Of a stretch of 55,173 nt of DNA, positions 29,186-38,710 are shown piece by piece. The notes beneath the pieces were generated by a model, which was given only the letters and a program-made list of their open reading frames with translations, searched no databases and had not been told where the DNA came from. Source of the DNA: a virus (Duplodnaviria; Caudoviricetes); IMG/VR virus record IMGVR_UViG_3300034095_000182, positions 1 through 55,173 of that record; one strand, 5' to 3'. Both the position numbers and the translations under genes were made by a program. The number at the start of each line of letters is the position of its first letter. Positions within the stretch are counted from its first letter, which is position 1.

Positions 29186-32100
29186 ATGGCGGACTACAAA
29201 AAGGCAGGAGCAAAATTCGCTGAGGCATTTGCCAAGGCGGGGAAAGAGGCCGAGGCCGCAATGGCCGCACAGAAGGCCGCTGAAGAGTCTGCCAAGATGG
29301 AGGCGATCCTCAAGTCAAAGCAGGCGCCCATGACCACGCCTCAAGGCACTGGCCTGCCGCTGATGCCTCGCTCTCAAGGGATGTACACACCCGGTGTGGA
29401 GCAGAAAGACCTGCCCCGGATGCCGATGGTTGACAAGGCCCGCGCAGAAGGCAAGACGCCCAAGTACACGCCCCGAATGCAAGACCTGCTGGACAGCCCG
29501 ACTGCCCGCAAGAAGGTCAACACGCTGATCGAGAAGGGGCGCGACCTCGGTATGACCGAGTGGTACGGCACCGAGCCTCTGCGTCAGGTCGCCATGGACA
29601 TCGGCATGAGCCAGAAGGACTTCGACACCTTCCTCGCCCAAATGGCCTCAGCGTCACAGCGCAACCCGGTCGACCAACAGAACAAGATGGGCAGTTACCT
29701 CTGGCACCTGAGTCAGACGGGCCAACTACCTGACGACGCATTCCTGCTGACCAACAAGATCAAGCGTGGCAAGGAAGCCGCGCCCAAAGGGACGGCCATC
29801 GAGTTGCCGCCCGGCTATGGATCGCTGGCGCAGGGTGACATCTTCTCCCGTGGCAAGCAGATCGCCGCCGGAGACATCGAGGGCGCCCTGCCTCCTGACA
29901 AGAAGTTGGGCACCTTCTACCGAAACTATCAAGGCAACCTCAAGCCCGTGACCGTCGATGTGAACGCGGTGCGTGGCCCCATCATCGAGCGTGGTGATCC
30001 GCGCTGGCTGGCTTCCAAGTTGGTCGAGAAGGATGAAGAGGGCAATGTGATCGCGACGCACTTTCCCCGGAAGGATGTCGAGTCGGGCAAGATGAGCATC
30101 AAGCAGGCGAAAGAACGCCCCGGCTTTTGGGAGGCCGCCCCCTCTGGTTCAGAGTATGCTGGTTTCGAAGACCTCTGGCAACGCGCCGCCAAGCGGTATG
30201 GCATCAGCCCCGCAGAAGCGCAGGCGCTGGGCTGGTACGGCTCTGCTGATGTGACCGCACTGAAGACCAAGCCGGAACTCTACATCGACAACCTCGAACG
30301 CATGATCCGCCGCACCGCCGAGCAGACGGGGCAGAATCCCCGGCAGGTGATGGAGGATGTCCTGCGTGGCAAGCAGTACCTCAAGAAGGATGGCGGCAAG
30401 GTGAGCGAGTCTGACTATCAGGCCCGCCTCGATGCAATGCTGGAGAAGGCTGTAGGCATGGCTAAGGGTGGCGCAGTGAGCGACTACCAGTCTCGTCTGG
30501 ACAGCATGATCGCCAAGCACATGGGCATGGCCGACGGTGGCGTGATCGACAACATGACGCCTGACATGACCGACAGCGGCGACATGAACTACGGCGGTGA
30601 GTACGCCGAAGGTGGTGCCGCATTCAAGACCCTGCAATTCAAGGCAGGCGGTGGCTGGGCCAAGGCAGGCAAAGCGATTGCCAAGGCCGCACAAGAGGCT
30701 GGCGCAATGAAGGCGCCCCAGACCGCAGAGAAAGACCTGACGACCCTGCAAGACTTCCACACCTCACTGGGTGATTCTGTGCGTGCTAGAGCCATGGAAG
30801 CCCAAAAGATGATGGAAGGGTTTGACTACAAGTACGACAAGGGCCAGCGCGTGTTCACCAAGGACAGCGCCGCCAAGAACAAGCCGCCCTACACAATCCT
30901 GCATCGCACTCGTGTGGGTAACGCACCCATGCGTGAAGACATGAGTGACTTGCGAAGCAAGAAGATCATCGATCCAGAGACTGGCAAGACTAAGCGCACG
31001 CCCTACGAACCCGGCTACCGTGTCCGCTATGAGAACGGTGACCAGTGGAGCGAGTTCGACATTCCGGCCTCAGCCATCATCGGCGATGTTGAGATGGCGA
31101 AGGGTGGCGAGATCAAGAGCCTGCCATGGAAAGCCAAGCAAGGCGGTGTCGCAAAGTTCGACGGTGGCGGTATCGCCAGCCCCGAAGAGAGCCTCACACC
31201 TCCCTCTGACAGCCCGAGCAAGTTACGCCTGACGGCAGAGATTCTGGCCCGCATGGCAAAGGAACAGGGCAAGGAAGAGATCGCATCCCTAAAAAAGCCC
31301 CGCGCCCTTACTGACCTAGTGAACCGGGGAATGATTGCCCCGCTGGTTGGTGCCCCTGTTGACATCATCAACATGGGGTTGGAGGGCGTCGACGCTCTGC
31401 GTGATTTAGCGAGTGGTAAGCGAGTCGAAAACCGATTGGCTTCTGAGAAACCTGTGGGCGGATCAGAGCAGATCAAAGACCTGATGAACCGCTTCAACAT
31501 GACAAGCGGTGAAGACCGTCCCATGATGGAAACGGGCCTGTCGTTGGTGTCTCCTGCTGGTGTAGTGAAGGGCACAGCCAAGACCGGGCAGAAAGCCACT
31601 GGCGCCCTGAGTAAAGTCAACACAGAGTTAAACAATTCTGGTAAACTAACCGTCCCCCTCACTGAGGCAAAGACGGCTACGACCGGGACACCACAAGGAG
31701 CAAAGTATGCAACCAAACAAGAAGGGCCTTACTTCAGAGTCAGGCCAACCGCCGCTGATACGAGCAAGGCAAAAGGTAGCGGAACTAGAGAAGCGACTGG
31801 GCTACCAGTCGAAAGGTCTGTCGGACAAGGATCGGGAGAAACTGGACTCGGACTTCCGCAACGCTATTCGCCGGAGGAAGTGGATCGAATAATCGCCGAT
31901 CCGAACCTCAACGAACCGCTACAGATCGCACAGCGATACACCAAAGAGAATCTGGGCACTGACTTCGTCGCGCCCGACATTCCCCCTAGCAGTCTCGCCA
32001 AGCAGAGCGCGATTGCCCGCACGCATGAACTCGCGCTGACTGACAGCCCCGAGTACAAGGATGCCGTGTTCTCGGCCTATGCCCGCACCATGCCCGATGT

Positions 32101-33241
32101 GCTGGAGCAGGCTGGCGCCAAGGACTACGACGACCTCATGGAGAAGGCATACCGCCAACTCGCCAAAGAGACCGACGCCCAGTTCCAAGCCCTGCCGTTC
32201 AACTTCTCGTACCACCGTGGTGGCGAGGGCAACTACAGCGGAACCCGCGAACTCCTCGAAGACATCCATGGCAACAAGCATATGTATGTCTACCAAGGCG
32301 GCGACAAGCATGACTTCCTGAACAAGGTCGACGATGTCACGGGCCTGAACGAGAACGAGAAGTTCCGCGCAGTGCATGACGCCATGGGCCACGCCATCTA
32401 CGGCAACGAGTTTGGCCCGCTGGGTGAAGAGAAGGCATGGGCCATCCACCAGCAGATGTACAGCCCGCTGGCCCGTCTGGCAATGACCGCAGAGACCCGG
32501 GGCCAGAACTCACTGGTCAACTACAGCCCGCTCAATGTCAACATCAAGGAGGAGGTCGCCAAACTGCGCGAGATGCAGATTGAGGCCCGCCGCCGTGGTG
32601 ACCGTGAGGGTGAGCGCATTGCCACTGAGGCCATCCGCGACGCCTTCAGCGGCTTCCAGTTCGCGCCCCAGAAGTCGATCCTTCTGCCGCCCGAGTTTGT
32701 CGATCCCAAATACCGTGGCGGGATGCCTGAGTACATCCAGCCGCTGATCACCCCAGCCGCAGGCACGACAACGCAGTCGGCCCTGACGCACTTCTCGCAC
32801 AACCCCAACCTAACGGTGACCGATCCGGCCAAGTACGGCTCTGGCATCAAGGGCGCGGAGAAGGCCCGTCTGGAGGGCACAGACAATCCGCTGGTGCCCC
32901 GCACTTACTTCTACGCTGGCGAACCCGGCGCAGTAGCACCGGAACCCGGCCTCGGAGTGAATCGTTACCGAACCGAATCCGAATCGCTTTACGACATCAC
33001 CAAAGACCCGCTGAGATTCCGTCCGCTGGCCCGTGAGTCGAATCGCACCCCTTTCACCTCGAAGTACAACGCAGGCATGAGGTCGCCCGATCAGGAATTG
33101 ACTGACATGGAGCGCATGATCCGCGAGTACGGCTACGAGGGCTACATCAACCCACAAGCAAGCAAACCTGCCGCAGTGGTCTACACACCCAAGCAGGTGG
33201 AGCGCCGCCGTAAAGGTGGACTTGCTCTGGCAAAAGCATAA
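29186..33241 (+). CDS. Large multi-domain (polyvalent-type) protein
   Basis: 1351 aa with distinct globular blocks (glycosylase-like, small beta domain, HDxxGH block, ART-like C-terminus) separated by xAxGG/xKxGG linkers. Confidence 0.75.
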   Translation: MADYKKAGAKFAEAFAKAGKEAEAAMAAQKAAEESAKMEAILKSKQAPMTTPQGTGLPLMPRSQGMYTPGVEQKDLPRMPMVDKARAEGKTPKYTPRMQDLLDSPTARKKVNTLIEKGRDLGMTEWYGTEPLRQVAMDIGMSQKDFDTFLAQMASASQRNPVDQQNKMGSYLWHLSQTGQLPDDAFLLTNKIKRGKEAAPKGTAIELPPGYGSLAQGDIFSRGKQIAAGDIEGALPPDKKLGTFYRNYQGNLKPVTVDVNAVRGPIIERGDPRWLASKLVEKDEEGNVIATHFPRKDVESGKMSIKQAKERPGFWEAAPSGSEYAGFEDLWQRAAKRYGISPAEAQALGWYGSADVTALKTKPELYIDNLERMIRRTAEQTGQNPRQVMEDVLRGKQYLKKDGGKVSESDYQARLDAMLEKAVGMAKGGAVSDYQSRLDSMIAKHMGMADGGVIDNMTPDMTDSGDMNYGGEYAEGGAAFKTLQFKAGGGWAKAGKAIAKAAQEAGAMKAPQTAEKDLTTLQDFHTSLGDSVRARAMEAQKMMEGFDYKYDKGQRVFTKDSAAKNKPPYTILHRTRVGNAPMREDMSDLRSKKIIDPETGKTKRTPYEPGYRVRYENGDQWSEFDIPASAIIGDVEMAKGGEIKSLPWKAKQGGVAKFDGGGIASPEESLTPPSDSPSKLRLTAEILARMAKEQGKEEIASLKKPRALTDLVNRGMIAPLVGAPVDIINMGLEGVDALRDLASGKRVENRLASEKPVGGSEQIKDLMNRFNMTSGEDRPMMETGLSLVSPAGVVKGTAKTGQKATGALSKVNTELNNSGKLTVPLTEAKTATTGTPQGAKYATKQEGPYFRVRPTAADTSKAKGSGTREATGLPVERSVGQGSGETGLGLPQRYSPEEVDRIIADPNLNEPLQIAQRYTKENLGTDFVAPDIPPSSLAKQSAIARTHELALTDSPEYKDAVFSAYARTMPDVLEQAGAKDYDDLMEKAYRQLAKETDAQFQALPFNFSYHRGGEGNYSGTRELLEDIHGNKHMYVYQGGDKHDFLNKVDDVTGLNENEKFRAVHDAMGHAIYGNEFGPLGEEKAWAIHQQMYSPLARLAMTAETRGQNSLVNYSPLNVNIKEEVAKLREMQIEARRRGDREGERIATEAIRDAFSGFQFAPQKSILLPPEFVDPKYRGGMPEYIQPLITPAAGTTTQSALTHFSHNPNLTVTDPAKYGSGIKGAEKARLEGTDNPLVPRTYFYAGEPGAVAPEPGLGVNRYRTESESLYDITKDPLRFRPLARESNRTPFTSKYNAGMRSPDQELTDMERMIREYGYEGYINPQASKPAAVVYTPKQVERRRKGGLALAKA

Positions 33242-33250
33242 GGAGAAAAC

Positions 33251-35758
33251 ATGGCAACACAGATGCCTATCGACCCAGAATTTAACCGCTTCATTGAGGG
33301 CCTGAAAGACTCGCCTGAAGGAGGTCTTGAGGTCGAACTGCCGCCTGAAGACGCTGATGTTGAGGAGATGCCTGACGGCTCTGCTGTGGTGACCATGGAA
33401 GAGTTCAATGGCCCCAGCGAGAACGAAGACTTCTACGGCAACATGGCCGAGAACTATGACTTCTTCGAACTTGACAAGATTGCCCTGCGCTACATCGAGT
33501 TGGTGGGCAAGGACAAAGAGGCCCGCAAGGAGCGTGACAAGCAGTACGAAGAGGGCTTGAAGCGCACTGGCTTGGGCAACGACGCGCCCGGCGGCGCTCA
33601 GTTCCAAGGCGCCAGCAAGGTCGTGCATCCGATCATGGCCGAGGCGTGCGTGGACTTTGCTTCTCGCGCCATGAAGGAGATGTTCCCGCCTGATGGCCCG
33701 ACCCGCACCAAGATTCTGGGCGAGGTCACTGAAGAGAAGACCGAGATCGCCGAGCGCAAGCGCGACTACATGAACTGGCAGTTGACCGAGCAGATTGAGG
33801 AGTTCCGAGACGAGCAAGAGCAGTTGCTGACTCAGTTGCCTTTGGGTGGATCACAGTTCCTGAAACTCTGGTACGACGAGCAGAAGAAGCGCCCATGCGC
33901 TGAGTTCGTGCCTATCGACAACATCCTCCTGCCGTTTGCCGCGACCAACTTCTACACGGCACAGCGTGCAACCGAAAAGCAAGAGATCACTGACTGGGAA
34001 TTCAAGACTCGGATCAGCCGTGGCCTGTACCGCGATGTCTCGTTCATCCGGGCCACCGCAGAACCCGAGCAAAGCGCCGCAGAGAAGGCCAACGAGAAGA
34101 TCGAAGGCAAGCAGTACCAAGACGGTTCTGACGGCCTGCGCACGGTCTATCACATCTACACATGGTTGACCCTTGACGACGACCAGTACAGCAAAGGCGA
34201 GAACGCCCCCTACATCCTGATGATCGATGAACTCGACAATAAGGTTCTGGGCCTGTACCGGAACTGGGAAGAGGGCGACGAGACGATGACCAAACTGGAC
34301 TGGATCATCGAGTACAAGTTCATCCCGTGGCGCGGCGCTTATGCTATCGGCCTACCCCACCTGATCGGTGGTCTGTCTGCCGCGCTGACGGGTGCCTTAC
34401 GCGCCCTGCTGGACACCGCGCATATCAACAACAGCGCGACTATGCTCAAGATCAAGGGCGCGAAGATCAGCGGCCAGTCACAGAATGTGGAGGTCACGCA
34501 GGTCACTGAGATCGAGGGCGCCCCGGGCGTGGACGATGTCCGCAAAATCGCCATGCCGATGCCGTTCAATCCGCCTTCGCCTGTCCTCATGGAGTTGCTG
34601 GGCTGGATCACAACCGCCGCCAAGGGCGTGGTTACCACCGCCGAGGAAAAGATTGCCGATGTGAAGTCTGGCACCCCTGTGGGCACAACGCAGGCTCTGA
34701 TCGAGCAAGGCGCCGCAGTGTTCTCCAGCATCCACGCCCGCCTGCATGACAGCCAAGGCCGTCTGCTCAAGGTGCTGGGCCGCATCAACCGCTGGTATCT
34801 GGACGAGCAACGCAAGGGCGATGTGGTCGCCGAGTTGCCAATCCGCCGCGATGACTTCAAGCGCAACAGCGATGTGGTGCCTGTCAGCGACCCGCACATC
34901 TTCAGCGAGACCCAGCGTATCGCCCAGATGCAGGCCGTGATGCAGATGGCGCAAGCCTACCCGCAGATTTTCGACCAGCGTGCCGTTGTGGGCCGGATGC
35001 TCAAGCAGTTGAAGGTGCCCAATGTCAACGAACTGATCCCGAACGCTACCAAACCTGCCGAGATGAATGCCGCAGACGAGAACAGCGCCATGGCTCTGGG
35101 TCGTCCTGCCTTCGCATACCCTCGCCAAGACCAATTGGCGCACCTACAGTCGCATTTGAACTTCGCCCTAGACCCTACCCTAGGCTCGAACCCTTTGATC
35201 GCTCCAAAGTACATCCCGCAGGTTTTGGAGCATATCAAGCAACACATGATGCTCTGGTACACAAGCCAGATGTCTGGCTATGTGCAAGGTGGCACCAAGG
35301 TCAACTTCGACAAGTACGAGGACAGCAAACTGGTCAAAGAGATCGACAAGGCCATCGCGCTGGCGTCCGACCATGTCAAGATGGACACGCAAGAAGTCTT
35401 CCAAGGCGTCATGCCAGCCCTACAGCAACTCCAGCAGATCATGCAACAGTTCAAACCGCCTGCACCGCCTATGGATGGCGAGGCACAAGCCGTGTTGCAA
35501 GCCTCTTTGGCAGAGACTCAGCGTCGCGCCGCACGCGATCAAGCCGACATCCAACTCGACAGCGCACGCCTACAGGCCGATGCGGCAGAGAAAGAAAAGG
35601 ATCGTCAGGTCAAGATCGCCATGAACGCCGAGAACAACCTTACGCAGGAGCGCATCAAGACCGCCGAATTGACGGTTGACGAGGCGAAACTGCAAAAAGA
35701 GCAGTCGGAAACTGCAATCAAACTCAACGAAGCAACTCAACGCAACCTAGGAGGTTAA
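33251..35758 (+). CDS. Portal protein (P22-like with C-terminal helical barrel)
   Basis: 835 aa; GAS.V.HP..AEACVDF..RA..E.FP.DGP..TKI.G, YMNWQLT, LPLGGS.F.K and a Gln-rich helical tail; position near terminase. Confidence 0.88.
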   Translation: MATQMPIDPEFNRFIEGLKDSPEGGLEVELPPEDADVEEMPDGSAVVTMEEFNGPSENEDFYGNMAENYDFFELDKIALRYIELVGKDKEARKERDKQYEEGLKRTGLGNDAPGGAQFQGASKVVHPIMAEACVDFASRAMKEMFPPDGPTRTKILGEVTEEKTEIAERKRDYMNWQLTEQIEEFRDEQEQLLTQLPLGGSQFLKLWYDEQKKRPCAEFVPIDNILLPFAATNFYTAQRATEKQEITDWEFKTRISRGLYRDVSFIRATAEPEQSAAEKANEKIEGKQYQDGSDGLRTVYHIYTWLTLDDDQYSKGENAPYILMIDELDNKVLGLYRNWEEGDETMTKLDWIIEYKFIPWRGAYAIGLPHLIGGLSAALTGALRALLDTAHINNSATMLKIKGAKISGQSQNVEVTQVTEIEGAPGVDDVRKIAMPMPFNPPSPVLMELLGWITTAAKGVVTTAEEKIADVKSGTPVGTTQALIEQGAAVFSSIHARLHDSQGRLLKVLGRINRWYLDEQRKGDVVAELPIRRDDFKRNSDVVPVSDPHIFSETQRIAQMQAVMQMAQAYPQIFDQRAVVGRMLKQLKVPNVNELIPNATKPAEMNAADENSAMALGRPAFAYPRQDQLAHLQSHLNFALDPTLGSNPLIAPKYIPQVLEHIKQHMMLWYTSQMSGYVQGGTKVNFDKYEDSKLVKEIDKAIALASDHVKMDTQEVFQGVMPALQQLQQIMQQFKPPAPPMDGEAQAVLQASLAETQRRAARDQADIQLDSARLQADAAEKEKDRQVKIAMNAENNLTQERIKTAELTVDEAKLQKEQSETAIKLNEATQRNLGG

Positions 35759-35760
35759 TC

Positions 35761-35940
35761 ATGTCAGTAACTTTGAAAGATGAGCAGTCTGAAGCCGTTC
35801 GCCAACAGCACCGCAATGCCACTGGCGCATGGATCAATGGACAACAATTGAAAGAGGAATCAAAAGCGACCCAGCCAAAAGCCAATAGCGATCATGGGAA
35901 TTTCTCCCAGAACAAGGGCGTGGACAAGAAAAACGCATGA
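35761..35940 (+). CDS. Small hypothetical protein (not in ORF track)
   Basis: GGAGG RBS; MSVTLKDEQSEAVRQQHR..., 59 aa. Confidence 0.65.
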   Translation: MSVTLKDEQSEAVRQQHRNATGAWINGQQLKEESKATQPKANSDHGNFSQNKGVDKKNA

Positions 35941-36122
35941 GGTATGTATCCGACTTCATTGGCGCTGTAAAAGCGCGTAGAGCCGAGATCGCCGAGTCGA
36001 TTGCCGCAGGCAACTGCGTCAACTTCGAGTCGTATCAGAGGCTGGTCGGTCAACTTCAGGGCCTTGAAGAAGCCCTTGTAATCCTTAACAACCTATTGAA
36101 GGAAGAAGAAGATGACAACTAA
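35937..36122 (+). CDS. Small head-module protein
   Basis: 61 aa; G...NFESYQRLVGQLQGL. Confidence 0.7.
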   Translation: MRYVSDFIGAVKARRAEIAESIAAGNCVNFESYQRLVGQLQGLEEALVILNNLLKEEEDDN

Positions 36123-36537
36123 ACCGGAAGCGGGTAATGCCGCTGACATCGCTTGGGCATTTCCGAGCGTCGACCCCGGTGCCAAGCCCCTTGGTGGGCG
36201 AGTTTTGGTGCAACTGCGCCGCACAAAGAAAACTGTGACGAGTGCCGGGATTATTTTGGTCGAAGAGACCAAGGAAACCGAGAAGTGGAACAACATGGTC
36301 GCCAAAGTGATCGAGAACGGGCCTCTTGCTTTCAAGAAGCGCGACTCGATGGAGCCGTGGCCCGAGGGTTCATGGTGTGAGCCGGGCGACTACATCCGCG
36401 TCCCCAAGTGGGGCGGAGACCGTTGGGAGGTCGAGGTGGGTGACGAGGAAGAAAAAGCCTTGTTCATGATCCTCAATGACCACGAAATCATCGCCAAAGT
36501 CACTGGCGATCCACTTCAAATGAGGGCATTCGTATGA
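36112..36537 (+). CDS. GroES-like co-chaperonin
   Basis: KPLGGRVLV...T.AGIIL...AKVI..GP...GD.I...KWGG...ILNDHEIIA matches the Cpn10 signature. Confidence 0.85.
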   Translation: MTTKPEAGNAADIAWAFPSVDPGAKPLGGRVLVQLRRTKKTVTSAGIILVEETKETEKWNNMVAKVIENGPLAFKKRDSMEPWPEGSWCEPGDYIRVPKWGGDRWEVEVGDEEEKALFMILNDHEIIAKVTGDPLQMRAFV

Positions 36538-37541
36538 GTACAGACACGCAAGACAAAGAGCAGGTCGAAGTCATTGGAATTCAAGAGGAAAAAGACGGTT
36601 CCGCGACTATCGAACTACCTGCAAGCATCCCTTCTCCCGAGGCTGGCGCCGATTCTGGTGCTGAAGACCACGATGTTGGGTCTGATGAGGACGATGAGGC
36701 CGCAAGACAGCGCGAAATGGCTGTTGGCGGTGAGGTCGACCCCGATGCAGAGCGTCTAAGGGAGCAAAAGCGTCAAAAACGCCGCGCCCGCAAGGACTAT
36801 CACAAGCAAGTTGCCGCCGAAAAGGATGTCAAATTGACCCTTTTGGAGCGTCAGAACCAAGAATTGCTTGAGAGACTGTCTGTTTTGGAGAAAAAGTCGC
36901 ACGGAAGCGATATTGCACGCCTAAATAAGGCGCTGGAAGATCAGCACGCACGCATTTTGTTCGCAAAACAGAAAATTGCCGAAGCAACCTCGACCGGAAA
37001 CGGCGAATTGCTCACTTCTGCGCAGGAAATGTGGTTCGAAGCCCGCCGTCAGTTCGAGGCGCTTGAGTCAATCAAGAAAAAGGCTGTCGCACCGCAAAAA
37101 CAGCGCACCATTCAAGCCCCCGATCCGCAACTTCAGCGCTTTGCCAGCGCATGGATGAGCAACAACGGTTGGTACGATCCTCAAGGCAAAGACCCCGACT
37201 CAAAAGTCGCTCTTGCCATCGATCAAGCCATGGGTGAAGAAGGCTGGAATCCCAAGACAGCAGAGTATTGGGAAGAACTTGACAATCGCTTGCAAAAATA
37301 TTTACCACACCGTTATACTGGTGAAACCGATGAGAAACCGATTCGGAACTCTAGACCAAGGAGCGCTGTGACTGGATCAGGCCGCGAGAATGCGTCAAGT
37401 AGTGGAGGTCGAAACACCTTCACGCTTTCACCCGAACAGGTGAGGGCAATGAAAGACGCAGGAATGTGGGATGACCCAGATAAACGGGCAAAGATGATTC
37501 GTCGTTATGCCCTCGAAGCACGCAACAGCAACCAACGGTAA
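36534..37541 (+). CDS. Putative head scaffolding protein
   Basis: Acidic N-terminus, coiled coil, W...N.WY and LSPEQV..MK..G C-terminus; upstream of capsid genes. Confidence 0.7.
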   Translation: MSTDTQDKEQVEVIGIQEEKDGSATIELPASIPSPEAGADSGAEDHDVGSDEDDEAARQREMAVGGEVDPDAERLREQKRQKRRARKDYHKQVAAEKDVKLTLLERQNQELLERLSVLEKKSHGSDIARLNKALEDQHARILFAKQKIAEATSTGNGELLTSAQEMWFEARRQFEALESIKKKAVAPQKQRTIQAPDPQLQRFASAWMSNNGWYDPQGKDPDSKVALAIDQAMGEEGWNPKTAEYWEELDNRLQKYLPHRYTGETDEKPIRNSRPRSAVTGSGRENASSSGGRNTFTLSPEQVRAMKDAGMWDDPDKRAKMIRRYALEARNSNQR

Positions 37542-37553
37542 AGGAGTAGGAAA

Positions 37554-38093
37554 ATGGATTCTCGTTTGAAAAAATCATTGTCAGCAGGTGGACGCGAAAG
37601 TCGCGCGAGTCTTGATAAAAGTCGAGAGGCACCTGAAGACAGTTTCGTGTCAGCCGATGAGCGTCGCAAGGCGTGGAAGGATGAATGGACACAAAGAGCA
37701 TTGCCAGAAGTTCCGGAGATTCCCGGTTGGCATTTGTGCTGGTTGTCGACAACCAATAGTTACGACAGCATTGATAAGCGTATTCGGTTGGGGTATGTGC
37801 CCGTGAAAGCGGATGAAGTACCCGGATTCGAAAGCAATCGCGTAAAGGCTGGCGAACACACTGGTTTTGTGGCGTGTAATGAAATGCTTCTGTACAAGAT
37901 TCCTATGGATGTGTACCAAGAAGTCATGGCTCATTTCCACCACGAGGCACCGCTTGAGGAGGCGAACAAGATTCGTGTCCAAGCAGAGCAGGTTGCTGGT
38001 CGAGACAGTAAAGGCCGACAGTTGGGACAAATCGAAGGTGACGGTCTGGACAACATTGACAAACCGATCCCTGCACCCGCATTCCAAGGGTAA
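37554..38093 (+). CDS. Head-module hypothetical protein
   Basis: 179 aa; PGWHLCWL...R.RLGY.PV...MLL.KIP. Confidence 0.7.
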   Translation: MDSRLKKSLSAGGRESRASLDKSREAPEDSFVSADERRKAWKDEWTQRALPEVPEIPGWHLCWLSTTNSYDSIDKRIRLGYVPVKADEVPGFESNRVKAGEHTGFVACNEMLLYKIPMDVYQEVMAHFHHEAPLEEANKIRVQAEQVAGRDSKGRQLGQIEGDGLDNIDKPIPAPAFQG

Positions 38094-38123
38094 TGGGAGT
38101 TTTAACAAACAAGGAGTAAGACT

Positions 38124-38696
38124 ATGTCTGCAACTAATGCTCCGTTCGGTATGCGCCCTGCGTTCCATCCTTCTGGTCTGGATCGCGCACAAGCGCTTGC
38201 CAACGGTATCGTGTCGGCGTATTCGTCCGACATTCTGAAGGGTCAACCCGTCAAGTATGTCACTGGTGGAACTATCGAACCAGCGGCGGCTGGCGACCGT
38301 TTTGCTGGCGCATTCGCTGGCGTTGAATGGACTGACACCACTGGTCGTCGTCGCGTATCGAACTACTGGCCCGCAAACACTGCGTACCAAACTGGTTCGT
38401 GCGTTGCGTATTTCTACAACGATCCTTTGATCGTGTATGAAATTCAGGCTGATGGTTCTTTGACCCAAGCCTCGGTTGGCGATCAAGCCGATCTGAGCAA
38501 TACCACTGCTGGTTCTTCGACTACTGGTCTGTCGCAAGCAACTCTGTCCACCACTTTGGCTGGTGCAGGTGCAAGCGCTCAGATGCGTATTGTTGATCTG
38601 GCTCCGTACCCCGACAACGCTTGGGGCGATGCGTACACGATTGTTCGCGCAACCATTAACGAGGCGCAGTTCCAAGCGTCCGTTAACGCCATTTAA
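38124..38696 (+). CDS. Putative capsid decoration/cement protein
   Basis: 190 aa, NAPFG.RP N-terminus, small-residue beta sequence, directly before the major capsid gene. Confidence 0.65.
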   Translation: MSATNAPFGMRPAFHPSGLDRAQALANGIVSAYSSDILKGQPVKYVTGGTIEPAAAGDRFAGAFAGVEWTDTTGRRRVSNYWPANTAYQTGSCVAYFYNDPLIVYEIQADGSLTQASVGDQADLSNTTAGSSTTGLSQATLSTTLAGAGASAQMRIVDLAPYPDNAWGDAYTIVRATINEAQFQASVNAI

Positions 38697-38710
38697 GAAG
38701 GGGGTAGATC

